From a virus, in the IMG/VR virus record IMGVR_UViG_3300028392_000030, positions 64,001 through 128,000 of that record: a stretch of 64,000 bases of DNA. The stretch is one strand, 5' to 3'. The notes under the pieces were generated by a model. The model ran no database searches. It had not been told where the DNA came from and saw only the letters and a program-made list of their open reading frames with translations. Below are positions 1-9,016 of this stretch, piece by piece (position 1 is the stretch's first letter; every line of letters starts with the position of its first letter). The position numbers were made by a program, and so were the translations under genes.

Positions 1-2
1 TG

Positions 3-452
3 GCCCAACATACACGTCAGCCGATAGAGATAGTGAACTACAAAGGTACACCCGAAATCCTAAGAGCAATTATGGGCAAAGAAATAGACCTGGCCTTGAT
101 AAGCAATGGTCCTAATGTAATGTCGTTAGTCAAGGCTGGAAAAATACACATTGTAGGCAGCACTTACCACACCGATCTAGTGCTGGATGGAATACCATTG
201 CTGTCTGTGAGTAAGCACACAGGAGCCCCAGGATTCAACAGTTTTGTTGGACTAGCCCTTAAACCCACACTGGACCCAGTGAAAAGTGCTTATCTTAAAC
301 GAGAACTATGGCGAGCTGTAAATACTGCTGAGATGAAAACCACTATAGAATCTTTTGCCGGAGTAGCCGATTCAACCAACAACAAGCAACAAATGTGGCA
401 ACAAATTACCTCGTTGAGAGAACGTGTTAAAAAATTCAACGTTAAAAAATAA
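3..452 (+). CDS. Bug/TctC-like (tripartite tricarboxylate transporter) periplasmic solute-binding protein, 5'-truncated by the window
   Basis: Frame is open from the window start (AQHTRQPIEIVNYKGTPEILRAIMGKEIDL). This resembles the VPYKG..pal.dllgG.iD segment of Bug/TctC proteins, and the C-terminal helix also fits. Confidence 0.65.
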   Translation, partial: AQHTRQPIEIVNYKGTPEILRAIMGKEIDLALISNGPNVMSLVKAGKIHIVGSTYHTDLVLDGIPLLSVSKHTGAPGFNSFVGLALKPTLDPVKSAYLKRELWRAVNTAEMKTTIESFAGVADSTNNKQQMWQQITSLRERVKKFNVKK

Positions 453-1604
453 ATGATAATTTTAGAAAACGACAAAAATTATTATGAGCAAATAATTGCC
501 AGTGAGTCGTCTACTGCTGATGTGGCATATACTATAAATGGTCAACGTGCAACCAATCGTCTCGAAGCAATAGAACTGGCCAACTATGATACTGGTAAGA
601 TAACTTATAGCTGGTTAGAAAATAGATTTGATCAAGTCAACTGGACTGTGGAGCCTGAAACATGCCTGAATGATCTTGTGGACCGTCATGTAATGAGCAT
701 ACGAGGTCTATATGATCATGTGGCTCTGCATTGGAGTGGTGGGTACGACAGCTATACTATACTAAAGGCTTTTTTAAGAAACAATGTCAAGATTGATGAA
801 TTGATAATTTATTCAAGAGATTGGTGGAACAAAGGTCAATTGAACTTTGATAATCAAATGGCCATCGACTCGGCAAATTTTGTAAAGACACACTGGATGC
901 CCGATTTAAAAATCACCCAGATTCGATGGGGTGATAAAAACATGTTGGTCAAGCACTTTAACAAGAACAAACTGGACTGGATCTACAACAATGGTGGCCA
1001 GTCAAAAATAAATCAAAATAGTCGTGCTATTTTAGGCACACAAAACGATGATGTGCGGAGGACCCAGGACCGGACCGGTCGCAGTATACAATTAAATGGC
1101 ATTGATAAACCTCGTGTTAATCTCAGAGATGGCCAATGGTACTCTGTGAGGAGTGATTCATGTGTGTTCCAAGAAGCTGACGACTGGAGTTTACATTTTT
1201 GGTATCTACCAGACCTATACCTAAAACAAACTTGGATGATGATACGTTGGCTAGAAACTCTCAAACAAACGTCTCATGAATTTGTGCATCAATTACAAGG
1301 ACACGGAATAGATGATTTTCTATATATGCAATGGAATTTGGCATTGGACAGAGAATTACCACTGTTTCCATATCTACGCGGGCTCACTGCAAAAAACTTA
1401 TTTGTTGGCTCTAGGGCCGAAGAAACCACAGATCTAATTAACAATATACAACTGTCTGACCCAGAAGTATATCATTGCTGGCTCACCGGTGTTGAGCAAA
1501 TTGAAACAATATTAGCCCGGGTAAAAAGTATAGGAAAGCCAAATGTGATCATGAGCAAAGAATACTTTGTAAAACCTTTTGATCTGCAAGCAACAGCACC
1601 GTAA
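453..1604 (+). CDS. PP-loop (adenine nucleotide alpha-hydrolase superfamily) ATP pyrophosphatase, asparagine-synthetase-C-like
   Basis: VALHWSGGYDSYTIL PP-loop motif; no N-terminal glutaminase domain visible. Confidence 0.65.
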   Translation: MIILENDKNYYEQIIASESSTADVAYTINGQRATNRLEAIELANYDTGKITYSWLENRFDQVNWTVEPETCLNDLVDRHVMSIRGLYDHVALHWSGGYDSYTILKAFLRNNVKIDELIIYSRDWWNKGQLNFDNQMAIDSANFVKTHWMPDLKITQIRWGDKNMLVKHFNKNKLDWIYNNGGQSKINQNSRAILGTQNDDVRRTQDRTGRSIQLNGIDKPRVNLRDGQWYSVRSDSCVFQEADDWSLHFWYLPDLYLKQTWMMIRWLETLKQTSHEFVHQLQGHGIDDFLYMQWNLALDRELPLFPYLRGLTAKNLFVGSRAEETTDLINNIQLSDPEVYHCWLTGVEQIETILARVKSIGKPNVIMSKEYFVKPFDLQATAP

Positions 1605-1613
1605 GAACTCCGG

Positions 1614-1642
1614 TTGACCATTAATGCCCGTTCAGCTATAAT
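1614..1642 (+). promoter_or_regulatory. sigma70-type promoter
   Basis: TTGACC (1614-1619), 17 bp, TATAAT (1637-1642). Confidence 0.85.
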
Positions 1643-1648
1643 ATGGGT

Positions 1649-1882
1649 ATGAACTTAAAAACAGACGATATTTTACAGTGGACTGGAGCAGTGTTTATCA
1701 TAGCAGGGCATGGTCTCAATGCCGTGGGTCCTGCGGCTTATCCTTACAATATACTTGCCTTCTTTTTAGGCACAATCCTGTTCATGGCATGGAGCATCCG
1801 TGTTGCAAATAAACCACAGTTGTTGGTCAATATTGTAGCCCTTGCAATTGGGTTTACAGGGCTGGTAAAAGCATTTGGTTGA
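1649..1882 (+). CDS. small membrane protein, probably from a leaderless mRNA
   Basis: Three hydrophobic segments. ATG 1649 lies 6 nt after the -10 box with no SD; the track's ATG 1643 abuts the -10 box. Confidence 0.7.
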   Translation: MNLKTDDILQWTGAVFIIAGHGLNAVGPAAYPYNILAFFLGTILFMAWSIRVANKPQLLVNIVALAIGFTGLVKAFG

Positions 1883-1907
1883 CCATTAATGCCCGATTCG
1901 CTATAAT
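1879..1907 (+). promoter_or_regulatory. sigma70-type promoter
   Basis: TTGACC (1879-1884), 17 bp, TATAAT (1902-1907); AAGGAG SD before GTG 1937. Confidence 0.85.
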
Positions 1908-1936
1908 ACTTGTATAGAAACTAAAAAGGAGCAGAC

Positions 1937-2203
1937 GTGAACATCAGCACACTAGAAGCCTATGTGGCCCAAAAGAATACCTGGGCTAAGATTTGGAATA
2001 AACGCGAATTGAGCCTACTCAATGCCAAAGATCGCCAGACCATTGCCAACAGTATCGACAGCGACATGAGTCCTGAAAATCTTACCTGTGATGGCGAACT
2101 GCCTCCTGCAATGGTGCGTGACAAGATGCGCCGTTTGACCCGTTGTGCCGAAGAATTGCTCAGACTTGATCCTACTGTCAGTTTCTACGAAATGGGTGTA
2201 TAA
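1937..2203 (+). CDS. hypothetical phage protein
   Basis: Promoter plus SD (AAGGAG) and GTG start; 88 aa. Confidence 0.75.
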   Translation: MNISTLEAYVAQKNTWAKIWNKRELSLLNAKDRQTIANSIDSDMSPENLTCDGELPPAMVRDKMRRLTRCAEELLRLDPTVSFYEMGV

Positions 2204-2204
2204 C

Positions 2205-2414
2205 ATGGCCTATACCGTTTTCAAGCACAACCAAGAATATGGTCCACGCAAGGGCCTGGAAGGTCCGTTCCACTACCCTAGTGGCGCCGTCTTGTATTAC
2301 GATCCCAAAGCTGGAGAGTATTACGACCCACGCACTGATTTTTATGTGGATCGTGATGATGTTGCTGTTTTGCAACAACAAATCATTGACAGATTGACGC
2401 AGAAGTCTGTTTAA
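2205..2414 (+). CDS. hypothetical phage protein (YYDP repeat-like)
   Basis: ATG 2205 follows the upstream stop directly; MAYTVFKHNQEYGPRKGLEGPF...LYYDPKAGEYYDPRTDFYV. Confidence 0.7.
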   Translation: MAYTVFKHNQEYGPRKGLEGPFHYPSGAVLYYDPKAGEYYDPRTDFYVDRDDVAVLQQQIIDRLTQKSV

Positions 2415-2422
2415 TATACAAT
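2394..2422 (+). promoter_or_regulatory. sigma70-type promoter of the AAA ATPase
   Basis: TTGACG (2394-2399), 17 bp, TACAAT (2417-2422). Confidence 0.75.
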
Positions 2423-2466
2423 AGCCATATAGCAATTAATTTTAACCGTAACCTAAGGACACAGCC

Positions 2467-3555
2467 ATGTCAGAAACAAGAACCGTCACTTCAGTGCAAG
2501 CTCGCAAGAGTCTGCTCAAAGCATTTAAAAAACAACGACCCTTATTCCTTTGGGGTCCTCCTGGCATCGGCAAGTCGGAATTGGTAGCCGACATCACTGC
2601 CGAGCTTGGCGGCTATATGATTGACCTGCGTTTGGGTCAGATGGAGCCTACAGACATTCGTGGTATTCCTTTTTACAACAAAGACATGGGCAAGATGGAT
2701 TGGGCTCCTCCAATTGAACTGCCCGATGAAGAACTTGCTGAACAGTATCCGCTGGTGGTGCTGTTCTTGGACGAACTTAATAGTGCCGCACCCAGTGTTC
2801 AAGCCGCGGCTTATCAGTTGATCCTGAATCGACGTATTGGCAAGTATGCACTGCCAAAAAATGTTGTAATGGTTGCCGCAGGCAATCGTGAAAGCGACAA
2901 AGGTGTTACTTATCGTATGCCAACTCCGCTGGCAAATCGTTTCATCCACCAAGAGATGAAAGTGGATTTTGCCAGTTACCAAGAGTGGGCAGTGAACAAC
3001 AATATCCACAAGGACGTGGTGGGTTACTTGAGTTTTGCCAAACAGGACCTGTACGACTTTGACGCCAAGAGTGCAAGCCGTGCATTTGCCACCCCACGCT
3101 CGTGGACCTTTGTGAGTGAATTGCTTGAAGACGAAGACAGCGACGACGACACCTTGATGAACTTGGTTGCTGGTACTATCGGTGAGGGCCTTGCTGTGAA
3201 GTTTATGGCACATCGTAAGATTGCCGGACGTATGCCCAAGCCCGAAGATATCTTGGCTGGCAAAGAAAAAGAACTCAATGTCAAAGAAGTGTCAGCCATG
3301 TATAGTTTAGTGATCTCCATGTGCTACGAGCTCAAAGGTGCTATTGAGCGCAAGACATCCGATAAACAGTTCCATGAAATGGCCGATAACTTCTTTGCTT
3401 ACATGATGAAGAACTTTGAAACTGAGTTGGTTGTTATGGGTGCTAGAATTGCACTTACCACATACAACCTACCGTTCCAGCCAACCAAGCTGAAGAACTT
3501 TGACGAGTTCCATCAGCGTTATGGCAAGTATATTTTACAGGCCAGCGACAAGTAA
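2467..3555 (+). CDS. MoxR-type AAA+ ATPase
   Basis: Walker A GPPGIGKS, Walker B LFLDEL, sensor AAGN, PLANRF arginine finger; vWA partner at 9861. Confidence 0.85.
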   Translation: MSETRTVTSVQARKSLLKAFKKQRPLFLWGPPGIGKSELVADITAELGGYMIDLRLGQMEPTDIRGIPFYNKDMGKMDWAPPIELPDEELAEQYPLVVLFLDELNSAAPSVQAAAYQLILNRRIGKYALPKNVVMVAAGNRESDKGVTYRMPTPLANRFIHQEMKVDFASYQEWAVNNNIHKDVVGYLSFAKQDLYDFDAKSASRAFATPRSWTFVSELLEDEDSDDDTLMNLVAGTIGEGLAVKFMAHRKIAGRMPKPEDILAGKEKELNVKEVSAMYSLVISMCYELKGAIERKTSDKQFHEMADNFFAYMMKNFETELVVMGARIALTTYNLPFQPTKLKNFDEFHQRYGKYILQASDK

Positions 3556-3564
3556 AATGGTTTA

Positions 3565-3618
3565 AAGAGGGTGGTGTTTTAATAACACGGGCTGTGTTCT
3601 CACCGCCCTCTTATCTTT
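3565..3618 (+). terminator. compound stem-loop after the AAA ATPase, probable terminator or structured RNA element
   Basis: AAGAGGGTGGTG (3565-3576) pairs with CACCGCCCTCTT (3601-3612) with one G-U; inner AACAC/GTGTT hairpin; T-rich tail. Confidence 0.6.
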
Positions 3619-3629
3619 TAAAATTCATC

Positions 3630-4313
3630 ATGATAGATAAATTTCAATCTCAATGCATTATTGTATATTATCCCAATGGCGCCGGCGGAAAATTTATTAT
3701 CAATAGTTTAGGGTTGAGCCAATATTGTGTGCCACATCATCCACAATTGGCTGTCTGGGATATGCAACAGACAATATTTAACGATACATATTATCAAAAA
3801 AAACTCGATCAGATTTTAAAGACTATTCCACCAATACATGATTTAAATAAGTGGCAAAAATACGAATTAGGTGTTGGTAATGAATGGGGTCCGTACGGTG
3901 CACAGACCGTGAATATGTCCTCGGCATTAATTGACATAGTTAATGCTAATAGACATTTTTGTTTAATTGTTCATAGCCCTGAAGAATTAAAACAAGCCAC
4001 AATGCAACATCCCAATCTTAATGTAATTAAATTAACAAACTACAGCCAATGGTTGGCAAGATCAAGTTTTAAAATGCTAGGTTTAGCAAACGATCTTGAT
4101 AATAAAGTAAATTATTGGAGTTTTATTGATCAACAGGAATTGAAAAATCCACAAATACCATATATACTAATAGATATAGATTCGACGATTGACGACCATA
4201 ATGCTATGCGAAATCAAATTGAAAATTTATATGATAGATTAAAATTTAATGATTTTAATAGTGGCCTTTGGGATCAATATTATCAAAAATATATTTCTGT
4301 TCATCCAAAATGA
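3630..4313 (+). CDS. hypothetical protein, AT-rich, N-terminal Gly-rich loop (YPNGAGGKF)
   Basis: ORF track; likely start ATG 3630; loosely similar N-terminus to 42329-43009. Confidence 0.6.
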   Translation: MIDKFQSQCIIVYYPNGAGGKFIINSLGLSQYCVPHHPQLAVWDMQQTIFNDTYYQKKLDQILKTIPPIHDLNKWQKYELGVGNEWGPYGAQTVNMSSALIDIVNANRHFCLIVHSPEELKQATMQHPNLNVIKLTNYSQWLARSSFKMLGLANDLDNKVNYWSFIDQQELKNPQIPYILIDIDSTIDDHNAMRNQIENLYDRLKFNDFNSGLWDQYYQKYISVHPK

Positions 4314-4564
4314 AATATACAGTTGAAGATACTGTTCCTAATGCACATTTTAAATATATAATTGACGTGGCACAAGTGTTAGAATTTCACAATGCCCGTA
4401 AATGGATGAGTGAAACGTATGGCTACAGTGAAGATCTAAAAAAGGACCGACCCGATACCAATCCAAATTGGGCATTTACTATCAATTGGCGCAATCATAA
4501 AATCTATCTTCGAGGCGATGAAGAATTATCGTGGTTTAAAATACGTTACGGTGATCCACTATAA
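4310..4564 (+). CDS. small phage protein with C-terminal F-x-[LI]-[KR]-[WYF] motif
   Basis: ATGA overlap with the upstream stop; ends EELSWFKIRYG. Confidence 0.65.
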   Translation: MKYTVEDTVPNAHFKYIIDVAQVLEFHNARKWMSETYGYSEDLKKDRPDTNPNWAFTINWRNHKIYLRGDEELSWFKIRYGDPL

Positions 4565-4576
4565 GTATAATGATCT

Positions 4577-6094
4577 ATGTTTAATAAAAAAATCCTATGC
4601 ATCGGCAATGAGACCGAACTGACAGATCAGTTGACCGGCACACTTGCTGCCAAAGACGCCACAACCAACTATGGACTGATATCCGCTGACAATTTTTCTC
4701 CTATCAAAGTTGGTTACTATCACACCAGTATAGTTGATATACCCATTGGTAGCATTGTTTTAAATTTGGCGCCAAAATTTGATCAAATTGTAATGCTAGA
4801 TCAAGGTATAGATTCTTATCCGCATTGGAAAAGTTTTGTAAACACTTTCAGGCTTATGTTAGAGCTAGAAGAAAAAGGATACAATACTGTATTCAGAAAT
4901 AATGCCAATAATAAAGACATTCTTTACTGGCATAACACGCTGAGAAATAACAAGGCGCTATGTGTGTTGCCGTTTATAAATTTAATAAACGATTACGGCT
5001 CAGCAGTCATGTGCATGAAATGTCCAGATCCTATTACTCAAATTGATCAAATTGATGATTGGTCAACCGATCCAGCCTTTGCTCCTATTAGAAATAACAT
5101 GCTGGCCGGAATTCAAATGCCTAATAAATGCAATATCTGCTACGAGAGAGAACAACACCATGGAGAAAGTGCCAGACAATTTGAGTCTTTAGAATGGGCC
5201 ATGGATCTCAGACTAACTAACGAGGACGATTTAAAAAATATAAAATATCCCGTTAGTTACGAAATACGTCCCAGTAATAAGTGCAATATCATGTGTCGCA
5301 TGTGTGACGATAAACACAGTCATTTGATTGAAGAAGAAAATATACGTCTCGGTATTCCTGTAGTAACTGACACTTGGAAATTTCAAGAGTTTCCATATGA
5401 TAAGATTGATTTTGACACTGCCAAAAGAATATATTGGGCCGGTGGCGAGCCTACTATTTTTCCTGAATTTTATGCGTTTCTACGACGTTGTATCAAACAA
5501 AATCAAACCGACTTTGATTTGAACATTGGAACTAATGCACAAAAAATCAGCAACACTTTGTTGGATCTGTTGAAAGAATTTCCTCGAGTAACTTTTAGTG
5601 TTAGTTTTGATGGCTACAAAAAAGTCAATGACTACATTCGATGGGGTAGTAACTTTGATACTATGAGAGACAATTGTTTCCGCATATTAGATCAAGGACA
5701 TGTATTGGCATTTCAAACGGTAATTAGTATGTGGAATGCTACCCGTGTTCATGAGATCTATGAATTTTATGATAGAGATTTTCCAGGGTGTAATACCCTA
5801 GTTCAACCAGCCGGTGATATCACCTCGCTGTTGGGGCCTTGGCATAACCCATTGCGTGAACAGGTAGTGGAATCAATGTATCGTTGCCAAGAAACTAAAG
5901 TTTATTACAATGTTGGAAGAAATACCAATCATATTATAAATGAAATTATTGATCGATTTAAAAATTACAATTATGATCCTAACATCTTAATTGAATTTTT
6001 TCGATATAACGATCGTTTAGATCAAGCTCGTAACAGTCAATTAGTTGATTACATTCCAGAACTAGAACAAGCAAGGCTATTGGTACTCCAATGA
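4577..6094 (+). CDS. radical SAM protein with N-terminal auxiliary Cys domain
   Basis: CNIMCRMC, WAGGEP, GTN, SFDG, YIRWGS; upstream CVLPF...CMKC...CNIC. Confidence 0.85.
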   Translation: MFNKKILCIGNETELTDQLTGTLAAKDATTNYGLISADNFSPIKVGYYHTSIVDIPIGSIVLNLAPKFDQIVMLDQGIDSYPHWKSFVNTFRLMLELEEKGYNTVFRNNANNKDILYWHNTLRNNKALCVLPFINLINDYGSAVMCMKCPDPITQIDQIDDWSTDPAFAPIRNNMLAGIQMPNKCNICYEREQHHGESARQFESLEWAMDLRLTNEDDLKNIKYPVSYEIRPSNKCNIMCRMCDDKHSHLIEEENIRLGIPVVTDTWKFQEFPYDKIDFDTAKRIYWAGGEPTIFPEFYAFLRRCIKQNQTDFDLNIGTNAQKISNTLLDLLKEFPRVTFSVSFDGYKKVNDYIRWGSNFDTMRDNCFRILDQGHVLAFQTVISMWNATRVHEIYEFYDRDFPGCNTLVQPAGDITSLLGPWHNPLREQVVESMYRCQETKVYYNVGRNTNHIINEIIDRFKNYNYDPNILIEFFRYNDRLDQARNSQLVDYIPELEQARLLVLQ

Positions 6095-6282
6095 AAGTGG
6101 CTAGTGTTATGGCACCCATAGTAAATTCTGATCCGATATCAGGACATAGATATCAAGGGTGGACTCCTTGTATTGAATGGTGTGATACCAACTGCGAAGG
6201 ACCGTGGTTGTTTGTCTCAGAAGGTGTGTTTGAATTCGAGTGGGACTCTGATTATATCATATTTATGTTGAGATGGGTCTAA
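6091..6282 (+). CDS. small phage protein with C-terminal F-x-L-R-W motif
   Basis: ATGA overlap; ends FEFEWDSDYIIFMLRWV. Confidence 0.6.
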   Translation: MKVASVMAPIVNSDPISGHRYQGWTPCIEWCDTNCEGPWLFVSEGVFEFEWDSDYIIFMLRWV

Positions 6283-6285
6283 ACA

Positions 6286-7422
6286 TCAGCAGTTAAAAAG
6301 ATAATCAAGTGTGTTGCTATACTGTTTTTCAAATTCAATTTGGCTAAACAATGGTAAATTTTTAGTGCGTATTCTTGTTCCATCACGTAACAACATTATA
6401 TAATTAGAAGATTTTAAAGCTGAGTATTTGGATGCATACCAGGCCAACTGCTGACTCCCTACCTTTTGTTTGTGTATTTGGTAATTTGAATCTTTGTCAT
6501 AACTGTAAATGAAGTCTTTGAGAAACTGTTTATAGGTGTTGTAGTTCTTGGATTTGATTATTGTATCCATGCGGTAGTAGGTGTAGGTTTCAAATTCTTC
6601 TGTGTCAAAAAATCCCACTGCCAATGGTTGATTATCATTCAACACTTTGGCATGACCTGGTGGGTATTTTTGTATTTTACACATGACATAAAACCACCAG
6701 CGGGCCTGTATCACTGTGTCAATAGGCAGTTGGCTAGTAGAAAAATACTGCTCGCAATAGTTGACAAAGTTCAAATTGTTTGTTTTTTTATAAAACAAAT
6801 CTTTCCAAGAATCGTGCAATCCTTTGAAGCCTACTTCATCAAAAAAACTCTGATCTAAACTGGCAGTTATATCATCTGCAACGTCAGCACTGACAAATAG
6901 GCCATCAAATGTTTGATTCATATACACGTCACCACCAAACTCAACCATTTCAATTTGAGAAATCTGCAATAAATCTAAAAAGAATCTAGGGTGTTCTTTC
7001 ACACTGTGGGAACTGTATATTATGCGTATCTGGTCTAAATTTTTACAATATTTCAAAAATCCCACAACCATTGCAGTTGAGTCTATTCCACCGCTCCATA
7101 ACAAATTTAATTTTTTATTATAAGTTGTTAAATCTGTTACACGTAGTTGAAAACATTCATCAAGCTCTACAGACTTGGATTTAGTAGACCATGGCCGATC
7201 AATGTGGAAATTAAACGGCATAGGTACCCGGCAGGTTCGGTCAATTATGTCACCACTGGGTCTAGTGGAAAAACACGAATTCATTTCGACCAAATAGTTG
7301 TATTCGTCAAAACCAGAAATTTTGTATTGATGTTCACCCACTGTGGTAAAGTTGATACCTCGATAGGTCAACAATGGTTTAAAAAATCCAGTCTGAGTTT
7401 GATACAGTAATGATTGACTCAT
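6286..7422 (-). CDS. PP-loop ATP pyrophosphatase, asparagine-synthetase-C-like
   Basis: LNLLWSGGIDSTAM motif; ATGA overlap with 7419-7688. Confidence 0.65.
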   Translation of the reverse strand: MSQSLLYQTQTGFFKPLLTYRGINFTTVGEHQYKISGFDEYNYLVEMNSCFSTRPSGDIIDRTCRVPMPFNFHIDRPWSTKSKSVELDECFQLRVTDLTTYNKKLNLLWSGGIDSTAMVVGFLKYCKNLDQIRIIYSSHSVKEHPRFFLDLLQISQIEMVEFGGDVYMNQTFDGLFVSADVADDITASLDQSFFDEVGFKGLHDSWKDLFYKKTNNLNFVNYCEQYFSTSQLPIDTVIQARWWFYVMCKIQKYPPGHAKVLNDNQPLAVGFFDTEEFETYTYYRMDTIIKSKNYNTYKQFLKDFIYSYDKDSNYQIHKQKVGSQQLAWYASKYSALKSSNYIMLLRDGTRIRTKNLPLFSQIEFEKQYSNTLDYLFNC

Positions 7423-7688
7423 GCTGATGTGTTGGTTATGGCAAGAATTTCGTTTGTGATGTTGGCCAATGCATAATCAAAATCAGAAGTAGTATCGGAT
7501 TCAAAATTATCAATTTTGGCAATCAAATCCTGTTCGTATTGACTCAACTGGGTAATCATTCGAATCCTTCGTGCATATCGAACTGGGTCTGCAGTATAGG
7601 CAACTAAATCTTGTAACAGCTCTGTTCGTTTTTCACTAGCTAATGTCAGACTTTGATAAATTAATCGAGTCTTGTAAAAATTGTTCAT
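7419..7688 (-). CDS. hypothetical helical protein
   Basis: ORF track; TATAAATA box 5 nt upstream of the ATG. Confidence 0.65.
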   Translation of the reverse strand: MNNFYKTRLIYQSLTLASEKRTELLQDLVAYTADPVRYARRIRMITQLSQYEQDLIAKIDNFESDTTSDFDYALANITNEILAITNTSA

Positions 7689-7693
7689 GCAAC

Positions 7694-7701
7694 TATTTAT
7701 A
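7694..7701 (-). promoter_or_regulatory. T4-like late promoter TATAAATA
   Basis: Exact TATAAATA on the minus strand, then GTTGC-ATG. Confidence 0.6.
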
Positions 7702-7712
7702 GACCAGTGCTG

Positions 7713-7741
7713 TTGACTTGTTAAAAGTAGAATGCTATAAT
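7713..7741 (+). promoter_or_regulatory. sigma70-type promoter with extended -10
   Basis: TTGACT (7713-7718), 17 bp, TGc-TATAAT (7736-7741); ATG 5 nt later. Confidence 0.85.
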
Positions 7742-7746
7742 ACGAT

Positions 7747-8748
7747 ATGACTTATTCAGTGTATCAACATTGGGATACTCTCAAAACTTGTGTAGTTGGG
7801 CGAAGCTATCCAGCCGAATTTTACAGTTTTATAAAAAATTCCAAAGCTCGTTCGGTAATGGAACGTATTGCCATAGAAACCGAAGAAGACTATCAACGAC
7901 TAGTCAACTTGTTGCAGGGTTTTGGTGTGGATACCTTCCGAATTTCGTTTGATGGTGATATCGAATCTTACCGCACAGGCGATAGGTATTTGCCTCCGCC
8001 TATGTGTCCTAGAGATTACATGAGTATGGTCGGTGATACATTTTATTTTGAGGAATCTCATTTCCGTCACGAGTATAGACACATACTGGATTGGATAAAA
8101 TTACAAGGCAATTCTATAGTATACAATCAAGGTATCAACGGTGCAGCAACTACCCGTATCGGACAGGACTTGTATTTTGGCACTACTCTTGGTACCACAG
8201 TAGTTAATCATGGCCAATATGCCAAACAGTTTCCAACCTATCGTACTCATGTGATTGACACACAAGGTCATAGCGATGCTACATTCTGTCCGGTTAAGCC
8301 TGGCTTGATTGTGAGCCTATATGATGTGCCCACCTATGCTGACACATTCCCAGACTGGGAGGTTGTGTATTTGCCAGGACAAAGTTGGTCGGCTATTCCT
8401 GAATTCCAAAAATTAAAACAACGGAATCAAGGACGGTGGTGGGTACCAGGTGAAGAGCTCAATGATGACTTTACTGACTATGTGGAAAGTTGGATGAATC
8501 ATTGGGTTGGCTATGTAGAAGAAACTGTGTTCGATGTAAATATGTTAGTGATTGATGAGAAAAATGTTGTGTGTAACAACTATAACCAACAGGTATTTGC
8601 GGCATTTGAACGGCACGGTATTACTCCACACGTGATAAACTTTAGACATAGATACTTTTGGGATGGTGGTTTGCATTGCATTACTTCTGACATTGACCGA
8701 GCCGGCATTTTAAAAGATTATTTTCCAAATAGAAATCTGCATGAGTAA
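7747..8748 (+). CDS. amidinotransferase-family protein (glycine/inosamine-phosphate amidinotransferase-like), paralog 1
   Basis: WDTLKTCVVG, PRD, GHSDATF, FDVNMLVIDEKNV, FWDGGLHCIT; matches the AGAT/StrB layout. Confidence 0.8.
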   Translation: MTYSVYQHWDTLKTCVVGRSYPAEFYSFIKNSKARSVMERIAIETEEDYQRLVNLLQGFGVDTFRISFDGDIESYRTGDRYLPPPMCPRDYMSMVGDTFYFEESHFRHEYRHILDWIKLQGNSIVYNQGINGAATTRIGQDLYFGTTLGTTVVNHGQYAKQFPTYRTHVIDTQGHSDATFCPVKPGLIVSLYDVPTYADTFPDWEVVYLPGQSWSAIPEFQKLKQRNQGRWWVPGEELNDDFTDYVESWMNHWVGYVEETVFDVNMLVIDEKNVVCNNYNQQVFAAFERHGITPHVINFRHRYFWDGGLHCITSDIDRAGILKDYFPNRNLHE

Positions 8749-9016
8749 AGACGAATACTACCGTGACCCCGCAGCTCGATTGGACACTATTATTGGAGGC
8801 GACACTCAACACTTCCTCAGACTACAACGAGTCAAGGATGAATACGATGAACTGGCGCATGCCGTACCCATTGGTCAAGGATTCCTGACCTTCTATGATT
8901 ATGTAAAAGAATACTACGGCATCAAATTGACCATGGACGGCGATAATATCAATTTGGATTATGCTGTCGTAGATGAAAAGAAGTATACCGTGTTTGTGCT
9001 AAAATTCAGTCGGTAA
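8741..9016 (+). CDS. small phage protein with C-terminal F-x-L-K-F motif
   Basis: ORF track; ends DEKKYTVFVLKFSR. Confidence 0.65.
   Translation: MSKDEYYRDPAARLDTIIGGDTQHFLRLQRVKDEYDELAHAVPIGQGFLTFYDYVKEYYGIKLTMDGDNINLDYAVVDEKKYTVFVLKFSR

Larger units (their letters stand above)
1612..1895 (+). repeat. 19-bp direct repeat GGTTGACCATTAATGCCCG flanking one gene
   Basis: Identical copies at 1612-1630 and 1877-1895, each followed by GCTATAATA. Confidence 0.9.

Noticed and set aside
2542-3213. 223-aa antisense ORF over the MoxR gene, and similar shadow ORFs (e.g. 10029-10496, 11772-12245, 34075-34551 and many inside 49680-63998)
   Set aside because: They lie fully opposite well-supported genes, have no SD, promoter or motifs, and are expected from codon bias.
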